From Clostridia bacterium (lineage in GTDB: Bacteria; Bacillota; Clostridia; Oscillospirales; CAG-272), in contig JAFTLE010000007.1 in the NCBI GenBank assembly GCA_017452895.1, positions 1 through 55,623 on the forward strand: DNA of 55,623 nucleotides, given 5' to 3'. The notes under the pieces were generated by a model, which saw nothing but the letters and a program-made list of their open reading frames with translations, made no database searches and was not told the origin of the DNA. Below are positions 47,868 to 55,623 of this stretch, piece after piece. How positions within the stretch are numbered: the first letter of the stretch is position 1; every line of letters starts with the position of its first letter. Made by a program: the position numbers and the translations under genes.

Positions 47868-48407
47868 TTATCCAATCGTAATGTTTCCGTCGTTATCCGC
47901 ATTCGGCTGCACGTAGTGAAGGGTAACCCCCTCGTTCGTGCCCGATAGCGTCACGCGGCTGTTTTCGGTGTTCCAGGAGTAGTAACGGCGCACCGCAGAG
48001 GCACTGCCGATCGAGATCGACTTTCCGTAATGTCCCGACAGGATCTTCTCGATCGCGGTGGCGGCATCCTGATTGCTCTCGCCGCTGTTCGGGGTCACGT
48101 AGACCGCCACCTCGGTCAGCTTGCCGTCCGCAAAGGTGTAAAAAATATTGCACTTGCGATTTCCGACAAGCGCGCAGTCGGTCACGTCGGGCGCACAGAT
48201 CACGCCCTCGGTGTCGGTCTCGCCATAGCCGCGTGCAGGGTTGGAGCAGACCTGCTCCTGCGAAAAGCCGAAAAGCGCCTCCTCAAAATATCCCTCGGCG
48301 GGATCGGTCTTGAACATATCGGCCTTCTCTTTCTTTTCGTCCTTGCAGAAGGTCAGCGTCAGAAGCGAAAGGATCGCCAGAAGAAGAGCAAGGACACGCC
48401 GCGTCAT
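47868..48407 (-). CDS. Putative lipoprotein or secreted hypothetical protein
   Basis: MTRRVLALLLAILSLLTLTFC signal; GGAGG RBS; ATGA overlap with aspS. Confidence 0.7.
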   Translation of the reverse strand: MTRRVLALLLAILSLLTLTFCKDEKKEKADMFKTDPAEGYFEEALFGFSQEQVCSNPARGYGETDTEGVICAPDVTDCALVGNRKCNIFYTFADGKLTEVAVYVTPNSGESNQDAATAIEKILSGHYGKSISIGSASAVRRYYSWNTENSRVTLSGTNEGVTLHYVQPNADNDGNITIG

Positions 48408-50203
48408 TCTGTATCCTCCGTCTCGGTCACCGCAATGCAAAGCTCGGTGAGCGCCGCGGGATCCGCCTCGGACGGGCACTGCGTCATCAGCTCGGATGCG
48501 TTCTGCACCTTCGGGAACGCCATCACGTCGCGGATGTCGGTCAGCCCCAGCGTCAGCGCGACCAGACGGTCAAGCCCGAAGGCAAGTCCGCCGTGCGGCG
48601 GTACGCCGTAGCGGAACGCGTCGAGCAGATAGCCGAACTTGTTCTGCGCCTCCTCGGGGGAAAGACCCAGCACCGAGAACATTTTCGACTGAATCTCGCT
48701 GTTGTGGATACGGATCGAGCCGCCGCCAAGCTCGGTACCGTTTAAAACGATATCGTACGCCTTGGCACGCACGCGGGCAGGATCGCTGTCGAGATACGGA
48801 AGATCCTCGTCCATCGGGCTCGTGAAGGGATGGTGCTTCGCATAGAAGCGTCCGTCCTCCTCATCATATTCAAGCAACGGGAACTCGGTCACCCACAGGA
48901 AGCGGAAGTCCATCGGGTCAAGGAGTCCGAGCTTATCGGCACAGTGACAGCGCAGAGCGCCGAGCGAATCAAACACGACGGCGTCGCGGTCGGCAACGAT
49001 CAGAAGCAGGTCGCCAGCCTCCGCCTCAAGGCGCGCCTTGATCGCCTCATTCTCGGCATCCGAGAGGAATTTTGCGTAGGAGGAGGTGATATCCCCCGTC
49101 TCGGGCCACTTCAGGTAGGCAAGCCCCTTCGCCTTATAGGTCTTCGCGTACTCGGTCAGCGCATCAATCTCCTTGCGGGAGAATTTCGCACCGCCCTTGA
49201 TATTGATGCCGCGCACGGAGCCGCCCGCGGCAACCGTGCCAGAGAAGACCTTGAACTCGGAATCCTTCACGATGTCGGAGAGATTCTTCAGCTCAAAGCC
49301 AAAGCGGATATCGGGCTTGTCCGAGCCAAAGCGATCCATCGCCTCGGCGTACGGCATACGGATAAAGTCCTCCTTGAAGTCGATACCGTGGAATTCACGG
49401 AACAGAAACTTCAAAAAGCCCTCGTGCATTCTCATAACCTCGTCAGCGGTGACGAAGGACATCTCGGTATCGATCTGCGTAAACTCAGGCTGGCGGTCGG
49501 CGCGCAGGTCCTCGTCGCGGAAGCAACGCGCGATCTGGAAGTAGCGGTCAAAGCCCGAGACCATCAGCAGCTGCTTGTAAAGCTGGGGCGACTGCGGAAG
49601 CGCGTAGAACTTACCGGGATGCACGCGGCTCGGTACGAGATAGTCGCGCGCCCCCTCGGGCGTCGGCTTGCAAAGGCTCGGCGTCTCAATGTCAACGAAG
49701 CCGTTTTCGGCATAGTAGTCGCGCGCAAGCTTCGTAATGCGGGAGCGTGCGAGAATATTCCTTTGCATATCGGGACGGCGCAGGTCAAGATAGCGGTGCT
49801 TCAAACGCACCTCGGGACGGACGGGGCTGTTTTCCACGATCTCAAAGGGAGGGGTCGCGGCGGCAGAAAGCACCTTCAGCTCGTCCACGTAGATCTCGAT
49901 CTCGCCGGTCGGGATGTTCTTATTGATCGCCGCCTCGCCGCGGGAGCGGACGACACCCTTCGCGCAAAGCACGAACTCACCGCGGATGGTAAACGCGGTG
50001 TCAAAGATCTCCTTTTCGGTCGTGTCGTCAAAGGCGAGCTGAACGACACCCGTGCGGTCGCGCAGATCGATGAAGATCAGCGAGCCAAGGTCGCGCTGAC
50101 GCTGTACCCAGCCCATCACGGTAACGTGCTCCCCTATATTTTTAGCCGAAAGCTCTGCGCAGTAGCAGGTGCGCTTGTCCTTCTCGGAAAGTAACTGTGC
50201 CAT
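48404..50203 (-). CDS. aspS: Aspartyl-tRNA synthetase
   Basis: RDLGSLIFIDLRD, PEGARDYLVPSR, LPQSPQ, FRDEDLRADRQPEFTQ, GGGSIRIH, PPHGG. Confidence 0.98.
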   Translation of the reverse strand: MAQLLSEKDKRTCYCAELSAKNIGEHVTVMGWVQRQRDLGSLIFIDLRDRTGVVQLAFDDTTEKEIFDTAFTIRGEFVLCAKGVVRSRGEAAINKNIPTGEIEIYVDELKVLSAAATPPFEIVENSPVRPEVRLKHRYLDLRRPDMQRNILARSRITKLARDYYAENGFVDIETPSLCKPTPEGARDYLVPSRVHPGKFYALPQSPQLYKQLLMVSGFDRYFQIARCFRDEDLRADRQPEFTQIDTEMSFVTADEVMRMHEGFLKFLFREFHGIDFKEDFIRMPYAEAMDRFGSDKPDIRFGFELKNLSDIVKDSEFKVFSGTVAAGGSVRGINIKGGAKFSRKEIDALTEYAKTYKAKGLAYLKWPETGDITSSYAKFLSDAENEAIKARLEAEAGDLLLIVADRDAVVFDSLGALRCHCADKLGLLDPMDFRFLWVTEFPLLEYDEEDGRFYAKHHPFTSPMDEDLPYLDSDPARVRAKAYDIVLNGTELGGGSIRIHNSEIQSKMFSVLGLSPEEAQNKFGYLLDAFRYGVPPHGGLAFGLDRLVALTLGLTDIRDVMAFPKVQNASELMTQCPSEADPAALTELCIAVTETEDTE

Positions 50204-50239
50204 AGTAAAAACTCCTTGTGAAAATAAAGGTCAATCCAT

Positions 50240-50268
50240 ATTATATACGCGTTTTTGAAAAAAGTCAA
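50240..50268 (-). promoter_or_regulatory. Sigma-A promoter of aspS
   Basis: TTGACT-17 bp-TATAAT. Confidence 0.65.
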
Positions 50269-51224
50269 TCGGTAAGCACACTTTTCAGCGCATCCAGCAC
50301 CAAATCGAGTGCGCAGCTTGCATCCTCTGCCGAAACGGTACAGCCCGCCGCACGGGCATGTCCGCCCCCGCCGAAGTGGGTGGCGATTGGCGTGATCGAA
50401 ACGTCGGTGCTGCGCAGGGAGACCCTGTGCTGTCCCCTCGCCTTCTCCTTAACGGTCACGGCGATCCGTACACCTGCAAGCGAGCGGACCGCGTCGATCG
50501 CGGTATCAAATACCTCCTCGGGCAGCCCGAGCCGCTCGCGCTCGGCAAGCGTTAAAACGAAGCTGCCGACCCGCCCCTCAAAGGCGGTCGATATGTGCGA
50601 TAGCACATACGCCTCCGCCGCCAGCTGCTCCCTTGACTTGCTGTTGAACAAAAGATGATTGATCTCGTCCGCGCGCACGCCGAGCGACAGAAGCTCCGCC
50701 GCGCACAGATGCGTGTCGGGCGTTACGTTTGAAAAGCAGAAGCAGCCAGTATCCGAGCTGATCGCGGCGTAAATCGGTGACGCAATCTCCGCGTCGATCG
50801 AGAGGGCACCGCGCAGAGCGAGCCGCTTCGCAATCGCAAGCACGACCTCGCCGCACGCCGCCGCGCTCGGCACGACGTAGTGATCCGCGAATGGGGTGCC
50901 GAATTCGTGGTGGTCAATCTGCAAATCGGGCGTGAACTGCTCGGCAAAACTGCCAAGCTGCTGCGGGGACGCAACATCCACCGCGATCACGGTATGCTCA
51001 CCCTCGGTGACCTCTGTCGGAATGCCCTCAAGCAGAAAAGCGTAGCGTGCGTGAAACTCCCGCTCGGGCAGGACGGCGGGCGACTTTCCCAGCCGCTTCA
51101 GTATGCGGTAAAGCGCCGCCGCGGAGCCGACGGTATCCCCGTCGGGATTTCTGTGCGTCAGGATCAGCGGATCCTTCGCCGCGAGCAGGCGGTCGCAGAG
51201 TGCGTCAAGCGTCAGCGCCGTCAT
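50265..51224 (-). CDS. nrnA: DHH/DHHA1 nanoRNase / pAp phosphatase
   Basis: THRNPDGDTVGS, IDHH, SDTG, VSLRS, GGGGHARAAG; follows rbfA. Confidence 0.88.
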   Translation of the reverse strand: MTALTLDALCDRLLAAKDPLILTHRNPDGDTVGSAAALYRILKRLGKSPAVLPEREFHARYAFLLEGIPTEVTEGEHTVIAVDVASPQQLGSFAEQFTPDLQIDHHEFGTPFADHYVVPSAAACGEVVLAIAKRLALRGALSIDAEIASPIYAAISSDTGCFCFSNVTPDTHLCAAELLSLGVRADEINHLLFNSKSREQLAAEAYVLSHISTAFEGRVGSFVLTLAERERLGLPEEVFDTAIDAVRSLAGVRIAVTVKEKARGQHRVSLRSTDVSITPIATHFGGGGHARAAGCTVSAEDASCALDLVLDALKSVLTD

Positions 51225-51573
51225 CGTTTTTCTTCTCGCTTTCCTTAATCTCGGACAAAAGCTTCGCAATATGCGCGCCGTGCTCAATCGAGCCGTCCGC
51301 ATAGAACACAAGCTCGGGCGTGATCCGCAGATTCAGCGTCATCGCCAAATGACGGCGGAAGAGCCCCGCTGCATGCGTCAGCGCGGTCTGCGCCTCCTTT
51401 TTGTCACCCATCGCAGAGAAATAGATCTTTGCGACCTTAAGGTCGGGTGCGACCTCCGCGCGCGTAATGCTCACGAAATTGCCCGCAATGCGCGGGTCGC
51501 GCACGTCACGCAGAGCAATCGCCAGCTCCTTTGCGACCGCGTCGTTGATTCTTCCACGTCTGTAATTTGCCAT
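51205..51573 (-). CDS. rbfA: Ribosome-binding factor A
   Basis: RDPRI..VSITRAEVAPDLKVAKIY, LNLRITPELVF..D.SIEHG. Confidence 0.95.
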   Translation of the reverse strand: MANYRRGRINDAVAKELAIALRDVRDPRIAGNFVSITRAEVAPDLKVAKIYFSAMGDKKEAQTALTHAAGLFRRHLAMTLNLRITPELVFYADGSIEHGAHIAKLLSEIKESEKKNDDGADA

Positions 51574-51590
51574 ATCGTTCTCCTGTTGGT

Positions 51591-52388
51591 TTAGAATTCG
51601 GAGCAGTGGGGTTTGACCCGCTCGGCACGGATTGCGTGTCCGAGCAACAGCTCCGCTGTGTTTTCAAAGGAATGTGGGTCGTCGCTTACGCAAAAGCGGC
51701 ACTCTCCGCGCTCGACCCGCGGCGGGAGTGACAAAAGCTGCGTTGCGGCGGCGCGTCCGCTATCGATCAGCGCCACACCGCGGTAGATTTCACCAATCGC
51801 GTCGGCAAGCAGGGGGAAATGCGTGCATCCCAGGATCAGCACGTCAGCGCCAAAAGTCCGCAGGGGCGATAAATGGCGGCAGATCGCCAGATGCAATAGC
51901 GGATCGTCCTTGTCAAGAACGCCGTTTTCGACAAGCGGCACGAAGAGCGGGCAGGGAAACCCACGCGCGCGCACGCGCGCCTCACGGCAAAGAAGTGCCG
52001 ATGAAAAAGCACCGCTTTCAACCGTCCGCTTCGTCGCCGCAATTGCAATGCGGTAATTCTTCGTTGCGGAAAGTGCAGCTTCGACCGTCGGCTCAATGAT
52101 CCCAAAAATCGGGATTGAAAACTCGCCGCGCAATCGCGGCAATGCCGTCGCGCTCGCCGTACCGCAGGCAACGAGGATCGCCTCGACCCCCGCCTCACAA
52201 AGGAATCTGAGTGAGGTGCGCGTGTGGCGCAGGATCGCATCGGGCGAGCGGTTGCCGTACGGCACGTGCGCGGTATCGCCGAAATAGAGAAAGTTGCGCG
52301 TCGGCAAAAGCTCCCGCGCCGCCCGCAGGGCGGAAAGTCCGCCAACGCCGCTGTCAAAAATGCCGATCAAGGGCGCGCCGCGGCGCAC
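51591..52388 (-). CDS. murI: Glutamate racemase
   Basis: IGIFDSGVGGLS, GDTAHVPYG, VACGTA, LGCTHFP. Confidence 0.93.
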   Translation of the reverse strand: MRRGAPLIGIFDSGVGGLSALRAARELLPTRNFLYFGDTAHVPYGNRSPDAILRHTRTSLRFLCEAGVEAILVACGTASATALPRLRGEFSIPIFGIIEPTVEAALSATKNYRIAIAATKRTVESGAFSSALLCREARVRARGFPCPLFVPLVENGVLDKDDPLLHLAICRHLSPLRTFGADVLILGCTHFPLLADAIGEIYRGVALIDSGRAAATQLLSLPPRVERGECRFCVSDDPHSFENTAELLLGHAIRAERVKPHCSEF

Positions 52389-53347
52389 AGCCGCAGAATC
52401 AGCGCATCCATCGGAATGCCGATCGCTTCAAAAAGGCGCGGATACATACTCCCCGCGGTAAACCCCGGCATTGTATTGATCTCATTGAAGAATACGCCGC
52501 GCTCGGAAACGAAAAAGTCTACGCGCGCAAGATGCCGACAGCCGAACAGAAGAAAGATCCTTTTCGCATAGTCGGTGACAAGCTCCGCCGTTGCTCGCGG
52601 CAGCGCGGCGGGAATAGAAAGCGGCGGCGTGTGCGCGCCGTATTTCGTGTCGTAATCGTAAAACTCCGCCGTATGCCCGACCTCCCCCGGCGGCGGCAGG
52701 GTCAGCACCCCGCGCTCCTCAAGGATCGCGACCTCAATCTCCCGCGCGGGCTGATAGGGCTCAAGCAAAATGCGCGCGGTATCCGCTTGCGCTAAACGGC
52801 GACGAAGCTCCGCACGGTCACGCGCGATCCCCGCCCCGATTGAGCTGCCGCCGTCCGACGGCTTCACGAAAATCGGATAGAAAAGCGCCGCCTCGATCCG
52901 CTCGTAGAGCAACGGGTCAGAAAGCTCATTTTTGTAAACTAAAGTTTGCAAAAGCGTCGGAATCCCGATGCTGCTCGCCAAAAGCTTCGCCATGTATTTA
53001 TCCATACCGATCGCCCCCGCAAGGGTGGTACAGCCGATATAGGGAATGTCAAGCGTCGAAAGATACCCTTGCAGCTCGCCATCCTCCCCGTGCCGTCCGT
53101 GCAAGAGCGGGAAAACGACGCCGTCCGCATCAAGTGACGCGGGCGACCACGGGGCCGCGGCATCCTGCCACGCGTCGCGCAGAATGGCGCACGCGTCGGG
53201 GTCTGTTTCTAAAAATCTGCCGTCCCTCGTAATGCCGACGGCGCGGCAGGGGAGTGTCGCCGCACGCAAAACGGCGGCGGCAGAGCGCAGGGAAACGGCG
53301 TATTCGTCACCCCGCCCCCCAAATAAAACGGTAAGCGTCACAAGCAT
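52367..53347 (-). CDS. ddl: D-alanine--D-alanine ligase
   Basis: LFGGRGDEYAVSLRSA, LHGRHGEDG, MDK, FVKPSDGGSSIG, FYDYDTKY, NEINTMPGFT. Confidence 0.93.
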   Translation of the reverse strand: MLVTLTVLFGGRGDEYAVSLRSAAAVLRAATLPCRAVGITRDGRFLETDPDACAILRDAWQDAAAPWSPASLDADGVVFPLLHGRHGEDGELQGYLSTLDIPYIGCTTLAGAIGMDKYMAKLLASSIGIPTLLQTLVYKNELSDPLLYERIEAALFYPIFVKPSDGGSSIGAGIARDRAELRRRLAQADTARILLEPYQPAREIEVAILEERGVLTLPPPGEVGHTAEFYDYDTKYGAHTPPLSIPAALPRATAELVTDYAKRIFLLFGCRHLARVDFFVSERGVFFNEINTMPGFTAGSMYPRLFEAIGIPMDALILRLCAAARP

Positions 53348-53381
53348 TCATCCCTTCGGAAAATATTGCTTGCTACGTCCT

Positions 53382-54185
53382 TTATCTGACCAGTGCAACG
53401 CGGTCGTTGCCGCCAAAATCCTTGAAGATTTCAATTTCGCGCCGATGCGCCCGCGCAAGCGCGCACAGCTCCTCTGCCTGGTCGTACCCGATCTCAAAGA
53501 GGAAAAAGCCGCCCGCCCGCAGACGGTCCGCATAGGTGCCAAGCAGCCGCCTGTAAAAGATCAGCCCGTCGTCCCCTCCGCAAAGCGCGATGCGCGGCTC
53601 GTGCATAAGCTCGGGCGCGAGCGTATTCATCACGTCGGTGCGGATGTAGGGCGGATTACAAAGAATCGCGTCAAATTCGCCGTCAACCGACTCTTTTAAA
53701 AGATCGGCGGTGCAAAGAGCGAGGCGATCTGAAACGCCGTTTGCACGCGCATTCTCCTCGGCAAGCGAGAGCGCCGCGCGGGAGATATCTACGGCAAGTG
53801 CCGTTGCGTCGGGTCTGTGCGCGAGCGTTGAGATTGCGATACAGCCGCTCCCCGTGCAAAAATCGGCAAAATGCGCACCCTGAGGTAGTTTTTCCACCGC
53901 AATCTCAACGAGCAGCTCGGTATCGGGCCGCGGGATCAGACAGTCGGGCGATACCCGATAGACCTCGTCAAAGAAAAAAACTCTACCTATTATATATTGT
54001 AACGGCTCACGGCAGGCGCGGCGCTCGATCGCCGCGCAAAGCGTCGGTTCGTCGCAGCAGGGATCGGCTGCGAAAAGCTCCGCCGCCGCATACCCGCCGA
54101 AGTGCGCAAACAGCTCACGCGCCTCGTGCGCGGCGTTCTCAATTCCCGCCGCGGCAAGCCGTGCCCGTGCCTCAGACAGCCGCAT
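53382..54185 (-). CDS. prmC: Release factor glutamine methyltransferase
   Basis: REPLQYIIG, LIPRPDTE, DFCTGSGCI, NPPY, EIGYDQ. Confidence 0.94.
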   Translation of the reverse strand: MRLSEARARLAAAGIENAAHEARELFAHFGGYAAAELFAADPCCDEPTLCAAIERRACREPLQYIIGRVFFFDEVYRVSPDCLIPRPDTELLVEIAVEKLPQGAHFADFCTGSGCIAISTLAHRPDATALAVDISRAALSLAEENARANGVSDRLALCTADLLKESVDGEFDAILCNPPYIRTDVMNTLAPELMHEPRIALCGGDDGLIFYRRLLGTYADRLRAGGFFLFEIGYDQAEELCALARAHRREIEIFKDFGGNDRVALVR

Positions 54186-55212
54186 TGCCGTCCTCGCCGT
54201 CGATTTTCTTTTCGTCCTCTTTCTGCTTCGGCGGTGCGTAGGCGGTGCGGTCGAAATCGGGAAAGTCCTCGACCAGCGCGTACTTGAGCGCAACGATCGC
54301 AACCTCCAGCTGCTTTTCATCGGGCTCGCGCGTCGTGATGCGCTGCATCCAGAGTCCCGGTGCCGACAAAAGCCGCGTTACGAAATTCGGGTGCTTGCCC
54401 GCCAGCATAATAAACTCGTACCCCAGCCCCACGACCAAGGGAAGCAGAAGAAGGCGCACGGCGGTATAAAGCCAGCGATTCGCGATAAACCAATCGGGCA
54501 AAACGAAGCGCAGACCAAAGCCGAGCAGTACGCCGAGCAGGATCATAAAGAACATAAAGCTCGTGCCGCAGCGCGGATGGAAGCGCGTGTGCTTCTTCGC
54601 GTTTTCGGGGGTCAGCTCCTCACCCGCTTCAAAGCAGGCGATCGACTTATGCTCCGCACCGTGATACTCGAAGGTGCGTCGGATATCCTTCATCAGCGAA
54701 ACGAGAAGCAGATATAATATGAAGATCACGACCTTCATACCGCCCTCAATCGCGGCACTCCAAACGCCGAAATCCGTGTGCAGCAGGCGCGAGAGACCGT
54801 CGGCCGCAAGACGCGGCAGATACATAAATATCCCGACGGCAAGAAAAACGCCCAGCACCGCCGCAATGACCGTGATGACATTGTAGATATTCACGCCGAA
54901 CTTCGACTTCAGCCACTTTTCAAAGCGGGTCTCCTCCTCCTCGACACCCATCGCCTCCGCAGAGATCGTAAGCGTTTGGAAGGAAAGCCTCATCGATTCC
55001 ACGAAATTGACGATCCCGCGTAAAAGCGGAAGATTCAGGACCTTATGCTTTTTCCGCACCGAAACAAAGGTATTTTCGTAAACCGCGATGCTTCCGTTGG
55101 AAAGGCGCACCGCAGTCGGGCAGTTTTCGCCCGCCTTCATCATAATACCCTCGATAACCGCCTGACCGCCAACCTTACCAAGCCGCGGGCAGGACTTCTG
55201 TTCTTTTGCCAT
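54172..55212 (-). CDS. DUF1385-domain membrane protein
   Basis: GGQAVIEGIMM, FEYHGAEHK, HPRCGTSF, TTREPD; usual position upstream of prmC. Confidence 0.9.
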   Translation of the reverse strand: MAKEQKSCPRLGKVGGQAVIEGIMMKAGENCPTAVRLSNGSIAVYENTFVSVRKKHKVLNLPLLRGIVNFVESMRLSFQTLTISAEAMGVEEEETRFEKWLKSKFGVNIYNVITVIAAVLGVFLAVGIFMYLPRLAADGLSRLLHTDFGVWSAAIEGGMKVVIFILYLLLVSLMKDIRRTFEYHGAEHKSIACFEAGEELTPENAKKHTRFHPRCGTSFMFFMILLGVLLGFGLRFVLPDWFIANRWLYTAVRLLLLPLVVGLGYEFIMLAGKHPNFVTRLLSAPGLWMQRITTREPDEKQLEVAIVALKYALVEDFPDFDRTAYAPPKQKEDEKKIDGEDGNAAV

Positions 55213-55346
55213 AATATTTTCCTTGTATGTTCAGATTTAGTATATGCAAAGTCCGTATTTTCGTACGGTCGAAGTATATTATATCATAGGAAAAGAAAAA
55301 AATAAACCGTATGTAAAAAAATTTTTGAAAAAATAAAAAAAGATGC

Positions 55347-55488
55347 TTGACAAACCCGAATATGTCTGCTATAATAACCAAGCACGCTTGAGAGGGACAA
55401 ACTTTTTAGGTGCTGAATATACGAGCGAAAAAGAATTGAAAAAACTTTTAAAAAAGGTATTGACAAAGCTTTAGTGCTTGTGTATAAT
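55347..55488 (+). promoter_or_regulatory. Tandem rRNA operon promoters P1 and P2
   Basis: TTGACA-17-TATAAT at 55347-55375 and at 55460-55488, each with upstream A tracts. Confidence 0.88.
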
Positions 55489-55534
55489 AAGAGAGTCGCC
55501 GACTTCCGGGAGGGAGTAAAGCGCGGCAGAAAAC

Positions 55535-55623
55535 GGTCTTTGAAAATTGAACAACAGAAATTTCGAGCACTGAAAAGAAGTGCGAAGAGATCTCGTTAAG
55601 ATACACTTTGAAAACTCAAAAAG
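55535..55623 (+). other. rRNA operon leader with boxA/processing stem; 16S expected beyond the window
   Basis: GGTCTTTGAAAATTGAACAA after tandem consensus promoters. Confidence 0.75.

Noticed and set aside
48830-50194. 454-aa ORF antisense to aspS
   Set aside because: Shadow ORF with no independent evidence.
50204-50264. T-box leader for aspS
   Set aside because: The intergenic region is only about 60 bp, and a sigma-A promoter lies close to the start codon.
52367-53347. Van-type D-Ala-D-Lac ligase
   Set aside because: The omega loop FYDYDTKY is the D-Ala-D-Ala type, and no vanH/X/R/S genes are nearby.
55489-55623. 16S rRNA gene
   Set aside because: Only promoters and leader are visible; the mature 16S start is not within the window.

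Overview
A chromosomal window from a spore-forming Bacillota (Clostridia-like) bacterium with GC-rich coding regions. It contains the replication origin: dnaA-oriC-dnaN-recF-remB-gyrB-gyrA, with DnaA boxes and DnaA-trios. The neighbourhood is heavily shuffled. A MarR/ABC exporter locus and spoVAC-D-E sit left of dnaA instead of rpmH-rnpA-yidC, and parA-parB with four parS sites lies about 13 kb to the right. Other contents: partial alaS, rnj, a GldA/F/G/G-DUF4340 ABC cluster followed by two exported trigger-factor-like lipoproteins, rnhA, a Sel1-repeat protein, a LexA/CI-like repressor, dpaAB, a small XRE/frameshifted-abrB module, rex with dnaD-like and dnaC-like genes, a block of housekeeping genes (tsaD, rimI, galU, aspS, rbfA, murI, ddl, prmC) and the tandem promoters and leader of an rRNA operon at the right edge. 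Most notable: (i) the putative extracytoplasmic trigger-factor/Gld-ABC system; (ii) an origin-proximal XRE-HTH protein ending in a MinD/RocS-type membrane-targeting helix; (iii) a second DnaA-box cluster in front of rex and the helicase-loader genes; (iv) three parS sites at exact 40-bp spacing. No CRISPR array, tRNA, prophage or intact transposase was seen. All calls come from reading the sequence by eye; no database searches were run.
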